Of a stretch of DNA of 10,731 nt, positions 7,312 through 10,731 are shown piece after piece (position 1 is the stretch's first letter; the number at the start of each line of letters is the position of its first letter). The position numbers and the translations under genes are program-made. The notes under the pieces were generated by a model. The model made no database searches. It saw nothing but the letters and a program-made list of their open reading frames with translations, and was not told where the DNA came from. Source of the stretch: Archangiaceae bacterium (GTDB taxonomy: Bacteria; Myxococcota; Myxococcia; Myxococcales; Myxococcaceae); assembly GCA_043750125.1 (NCBI GenBank), contig JAYVCD010000204.1, positions 1-10,731 on the forward strand. The letters are read 5' to 3'.

Positions 7312-8291
7312 CCTTCTCCTCTCGACTTCGGACCCTGCTGCTCGTGCTTGCCCCTGCGCTGGCTCTGGCCGCCCCACCCGCCGTCCCAGCCAAACCGTCG
7401 GCACCCCCTGACTTCTGGAAGCATTGGAGCGACGGTCGTTCCGAGCTCGATGGGTATCGCCTGGTGCAACCCCGCTACGGGCAGAAGCGGAACGGACACG
7501 CGGTGATGATCTGGGTGATCGAGCCCTTCTCGCGCGCGAAGCACGTCAAGAGCGACCACCCCGAAGCGCCCGGGGCCGACGCGCCGGTGGTGATGAAGCT
7601 CAACCACGTTCGGAAATTTCAAACCGGGATCTACGACTACAGCCTGATGACTTCGGTCTTCTCGCCGGTGGTGATCGGCGCGACAGATCTGGCTGCGCAG
7701 ACCCCGCTGAAGGTTTCGTTCACCAGTCAGGAATGGTGCGGCAACGTTTTCCAGCAGGTGACGCGCACCGGCTCAGAGCTCGACACGCGGTGGTTTTCGT
7801 ACTTCGAGTCGGAAGGCGACGGGGCACAGAAGCTCTCGACTTCCACGGACCTGGTGTTCGACGATGAGATCTGGATCCGGGTTCGAGAGCTCAGCGGTGG
7901 GCCCTTCGCCGCGGGCCAATACAAGCTGCTCCCGTCGCTTGCCTCGGTGCGGCTGGGGCACGCGGCGATGGTGCCCGGGACCCTGGCCGTCAAGCGGGGC
8001 GAGTTCGGGACCACCCGGGTTCCCGCAGGCAGCTTCGAGACCGAGACCTGGCAGCTGGAACTGACGTGGGGTCCCAAAGGCAGCCAACACCAGGCGCGTA
8101 CGGTCTGGGTCGAGAAGTCCTACCCCCACCGAATCATCGCGTGGGAGGGAGACGTGCCCGGGTTTGGAAACAACGAGCCGGCGCGCGAGCGTGGAGAGCT
8201 GACCGGCTCAATGCGTGACGCGTATTGGCAGCACCACGACGAGGGCGACGAGAAGCTGCTCGAGCAGCTCGGGTTGTCCCCCGTTCACTGA
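7308..8291 (+). CDS. Conserved secreted hypothetical protein, 327 aa (family often mislabelled 'septum formation inhibitor Maf')
   Basis: The start is reassigned to the ATG at 7308, giving a Sec-pathway signal MTFSSRLRTLLLVLAPALALA. Recognisable family motifs include FWKHWSDGRSELDGYRLVQPRYG..R.G.AV.I.V.EPF, VMKLN..RKFQTGIYDYSLMTSVF, KVSFTSQEWCG, SYFESEGD and R.AYWQ. No true Maf pyrophosphatase motifs are visible. Confidence 0.8.
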   Translation: MTFSSRLRTLLLVLAPALALAAPPAVPAKPSAPPDFWKHWSDGRSELDGYRLVQPRYGQKRNGHAVMIWVIEPFSRAKHVKSDHPEAPGADAPVVMKLNHVRKFQTGIYDYSLMTSVFSPVVIGATDLAAQTPLKVSFTSQEWCGNVFQQVTRTGSELDTRWFSYFESEGDGAQKLSTSTDLVFDDEIWIRVRELSGGPFAAGQYKLLPSLASVRLGHAAMVPGTLAVKRGEFGTTRVPAGSFETETWQLELTWGPKGSQHQARTVWVEKSYPHRIIAWEGDVPGFGNNEPARERGELTGSMRDAYWQHHDEGDEKLLEQLGLSPVH

Positions 8292-8307
8292 AAAAAGCGC
8301 CCGGAGG

Positions 8308-9160
8308 TCAGGGGGCTCGAACGTAGAATGCGCTCGTCCGCGCGGGCAGGGTCAGCTTGATCCGCCCCGCATTCAGCTCGAGCACGTTGGAGCTGTCCTT
8401 CAGCTGCTCGACCAGTCGGGCATCGGGGGCCAGCCACGCGGGCGCCTGAAGGTTGATGTTGGCTGAATTCGCACCGTTGTTGATCAGCACAATTACCTGG
8501 CTGTCGCCCGAGCGACGGCCATAGGCAAATGCGTTGGAATTGGCCGGGCCGTTCTGGCGCCACAGCTCGTCGTAGCTTCCCTCGGCGAGCGCAGGAAGTG
8601 TGGTCCGCAGCCCAATCAACAGCTGCAGCCGCGCGAACACCGCCGCCGGGTTGGGAAGCGCTTCTCCGGGATGGCGAACGGTGCGTCCCACCGGGTCGAA
8701 CCCCCAGACCGGCATGTCGTGCCGGTTGTCGGGGTCGGGCCCTCCGTACATCCCCAGCTCGGCGCCGGCGTAGAGCTGGGGGATTCCGAGCAGGCTGAAC
8801 AGCGCGGTCAGCGCGAGAAAATAGCGGCGCTGGATTTCCTCTTCGCCTGCTTCGTCGCGGCGACCAGCTGTTGCAGCTGAGCCGGGGTCCCGAGCTTCGG
8901 CTCGACCTGGCCATCGTCCGGCACCGTCAGGTCCGACCAGTAGCCGTGAAACTTCTGCGGGTCGTTCAGATCGTGACAGTCCGGAAAAAGCGGTCGGTCA
9001 TCACCAGGTAGCTTACCCGGGCTCGCCAGTCGGACTGCACCAGCGCCGAAGCGGTCACTCCCTTCGTCTCTTCCACGTATTGCACCGGGCTTTCGGGAAC
9101 CGGCTGCGGTTGCGCGCAGGACGTGAGCATCGGGAGCAACGCGAGAATGATCTGTTTCAT
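8308..9160 (-). pseudogene. GH13 alpha-amylase family lipoprotein pseudogene with internal deletions and frameshifts
   Basis: Three frames each carry GH13 pieces. 9160-8984: MKQIILALLPMLTSC...DWRARVSYLVMTDRFF. 8984-~8848: PDCHDLNDPQKFHG|YWSDLTVPDDGQVEPKLGTPAQLQQLV. ~8847-8308: EEEIQRRYFLALTALFSLLGIPQLYAGAELGMYGGPDPDNRHDMP...LRTTLPALAEG..AFAYGR..VIVLINNG. The catalytic regions (DxVxNH, GxRxD, catalytic E, NHD) are absent. Confidence 0.85.
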
Positions 9161-9576
9161 AGGGAAGGGCGCCTGAGCACGTCGAATGCCAGACCGACCG
9201 CCCTTCCGATCAGCGGGCCCAGACGCCCTGCGAGGTGGTCGTAACAAAAGCGGGCAATGAGAATGGGCTGGTCGGCGGCTTGACTCGACTCGACCCTGGG
9301 CGCCACCACCATTAGCGATTTGAGCATCCGCGCCACGTCGGCCGAAGCCAGTCGCAGATATTTGTGCCTGCCCTGTCGGGTCGAGACAATCAGCCCGTCC
9401 GTCAGCAAGCGCTGCAGGTGCGCCGTCGTCGTCGCGGGAGTGACCTGAGCTCCCCACGCCAGCTCTTCGGCCGTCAGGGCTCGGCCTTCCATCAACAACA
9501 ACAACATCAACATCCGGATTCGGGTCGGGTCGCCAATCGCGGTCGCCAGGCGGGCGAAGTCGGGCTCTGCATTCAC
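9157..9576 (-). CDS. ArsR/SmtB-family winged-HTH regulator (CYDHLAG subfamily), C-terminally truncated and probably a pseudogene
   Basis: The probable GTG start at 9576 gives VNAEPDFARLATAIGDPTRIRML..LMEGRALTAEELA..AQVTPATTTAHLQRL..GLI....QGRHKYLRLAS..VA, then ARFCYDHLAGRLG. It ends 19 aa later (139 aa total) and lacks the CLDWSERRxHLAG segment I recall for this subfamily. Confidence 0.8.
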   Translation of the reverse strand: MNAEPDFARLATAIGDPTRIRMLMLLLLMEGRALTAEELAWGAQVTPATTTAHLQRLLTDGLIVSTRQGRHKYLRLASADVARMLKSLMVVAPRVESSQAADQPILIARFCYDHLAGRLGPLIGRAVGLAFDVLRRPSL

Positions 9577-9640
9577 CGTTCGATGCCAACCAAACTGTCG
9601 ACGCGTGACAACGCTGCGGGCCCGGCGGCACCGTGACGAG

Positions 9641-9774
9641 ATGAACCCCATCGCCGCAGTCACCGCACCTGACCCTTACCCCTACTACGCAGAGCTCTGG
9701 CGACCGTCGGATTCGTGTCGCTGCGGCGTGTCTACCCGGCAGGCCTTTCCCCAGTTGAAAGGCAGATCCCCTAA
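9641..9774 (+). pseudogene. Cytochrome P450 N-terminal remnant
   Basis: ATG 9641 gives MNPIAAVTAPDPYPYYAEL, matching the DPYPxYxxL start of bacterial P450s. Similarity is lost after ~9697. It lies divergent from the ArsR gene across a 64-bp gap. Confidence 0.6.
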
Positions 9775-9808
9775 GCTCGCGCTTCAGCCTCGCTTCGGAG
9801 CTCCACTC

Positions 9809-10731
9809 GTGAAAACCCTCTTCTGGTCTGTTGCGGTCGTCTCGTTCCTCGTCGGATGTGGACCCGGGACGGAAGGGGGCGCGGACGCAGGAACAGGCGG
9901 CGGTGCGGGAGGATCCCAGGCGGGCGGTGGAGTCGGAGGGTCGGCCGGTGGCGGCTCGGCCGGCGGAGGAGCCGGCGGTTCAGGAGGCTCAGGCGGAGGC
10001 GTCGGAGTCGGCGGCGGCTCGGGCGGAGGGGGCGGCGGCACGGGTGGCGTCGGCGGCGGCTCGGGTGGCGGCCTCGGAGGTTCGGGTGGCGGCCTCGGAG
10101 GCTCGGGCGGTGGATCCGGAACATCGGATGGAGGCTGCGCAGGCCTCATCTACTGCGAAGACTTCGAAGGCCTCTCAGGCGTCTTGAACAACAACGACGT
10201 GGTGGGCGCGTGGAAGGCCTCCGTCGGCGGGCCCGGAACCTCGATGAAGGTCGACGGGGTCAAGCCCCGGAATGGAGCCCGCTCGCTTCACATCACCGTT
10301 CCCGTCGCTGACGCCGGAGCGCGTGCAACCCTCAACCAGTTGGCAACGGCCGGCCTCATTCCCGGTAACAACCTGTTTGGGCGCGCCGAAATTTTCTACT
10401 CGAGCGACGCCGGCTACGGGCTGCCGATTGGAGTGCACTCGTGGTTTTTCAACGCAGGCGGGAAGGCCGTCGACGGCGGCTCGTCGACCATCAACCTCGG
10501 CGGTGGCGGCACCAAGTTGCAGCTCAACTACCACCCGCAAGTGCCGGCCGTCGAACAGAGCGTCCAGGGCGGAGTGATGACCGCCGGCCAATGGCACTGC
10601 ATTCAGTGGCAGTACGACGGCTCGGGGAACCCACCCAAGAACGAAGCCCGGGTGTGGGTTGACGGAACGCTGGCCGTCAGCACGCTGACTCCTCCGAAGT
10701 CGTGGGACTTCGCCAAGCCGTGGACCACGAT
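9809..10731 (+). CDS. Lipoprotein with Gly-rich linker and ConA-like/polysaccharide-lyase-like (Cip1-like) domain, partial (runs off the window end)
   Basis: Absent from the ORF track because it has no stop in the window. GTG at 9809 with GGAG at 9797-9800 gives MKTLFWSVAVVSFLVGC (lipobox). A ~90-aa G/S linker follows, then GCAGLIYCEDFEG...GARSLHI...NLFGRAEIFY...HSWFF...GQWHCIQWQYDG...EARVWVDG. Confidence 0.8.
   Translation, partial: MKTLFWSVAVVSFLVGCGPGTEGGADAGTGGGAGGSQAGGGVGGSAGGGSAGGGAGGSGGSGGGVGVGGGSGGGGGGTGGVGGGSGGGLGGSGGGLGGSGGGSGTSDGGCAGLIYCEDFEGLSGVLNNNDVVGAWKASVGGPGTSMKVDGVKPRNGARSLHITVPVADAGARATLNQLATAGLIPGNNLFGRAEIFYSSDAGYGLPIGVHSWFFNAGGKAVDGGSSTINLGGGGTKLQLNYHPQVPAVEQSVQGGVMTAGQWHCIQWQYDGSGNPPKNEARVWVDGTLAVSTLTPPKSWDFAKPWTT
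9860..10135 (+). repeat. Low-complexity Gly/Ser-coding tract including a 21-bp tandem duplication
   Basis: GGN-rich codons throughout. TCGGGTGGCGGCCTCGGAGG(T/C) occurs twice, at 10061-10081 and 10082-10102 (SGGGLGG x2). Confidence 0.85.

Noticed and set aside
8291-8320. Possible intrinsic terminator on the minus strand (GCCC...GGGC followed by T6)
   Set aside because: The stem is only 4-5 bp with a long loop, too weak to call.
9771-10311. Pro-rich and Arg-rich ORFs (9784..10149 -, 9771..10124 -, 9856..10311 +)
   Set aside because: They are alternate readings of the Gly-linker tract of the 9809 lipoprotein.

Overview
GC-rich window dominated by genes for exported proteins, most of them lipoproteins. 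The style suggests Myxococcota, but that is inference only. Left: a minus-strand lipoprotein with three carboxypeptidase-regulatory-like beta-sandwich repeats and a probable beta-propeller. It diverges from a plus-strand operon encoding (i) a di-heme c-type cytochrome lipoprotein and (ii) a translationally coupled FG-GAP/CRTAC1-type lipoprotein. The ORF track splits gene (ii) at an in-frame TGA (6187-6189). That TGA is followed by a hairpin matching the bacterial SECIS consensus, and the frame continues through ASPIC/UnbV and thioredoxin (CEAC) domains. The best reading is one ~975-aa exported selenoprotein, which is the main finding. A conserved secreted hypothetical protein follows. Next comes a decayed zone: a GH13 alpha-amylase with three internal deletions, a truncated ArsR-family regulator and a cytochrome P450 N-terminal remnant. 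The window ends inside a Gly-linker lipoprotein with a lectin/Cip1-like domain.
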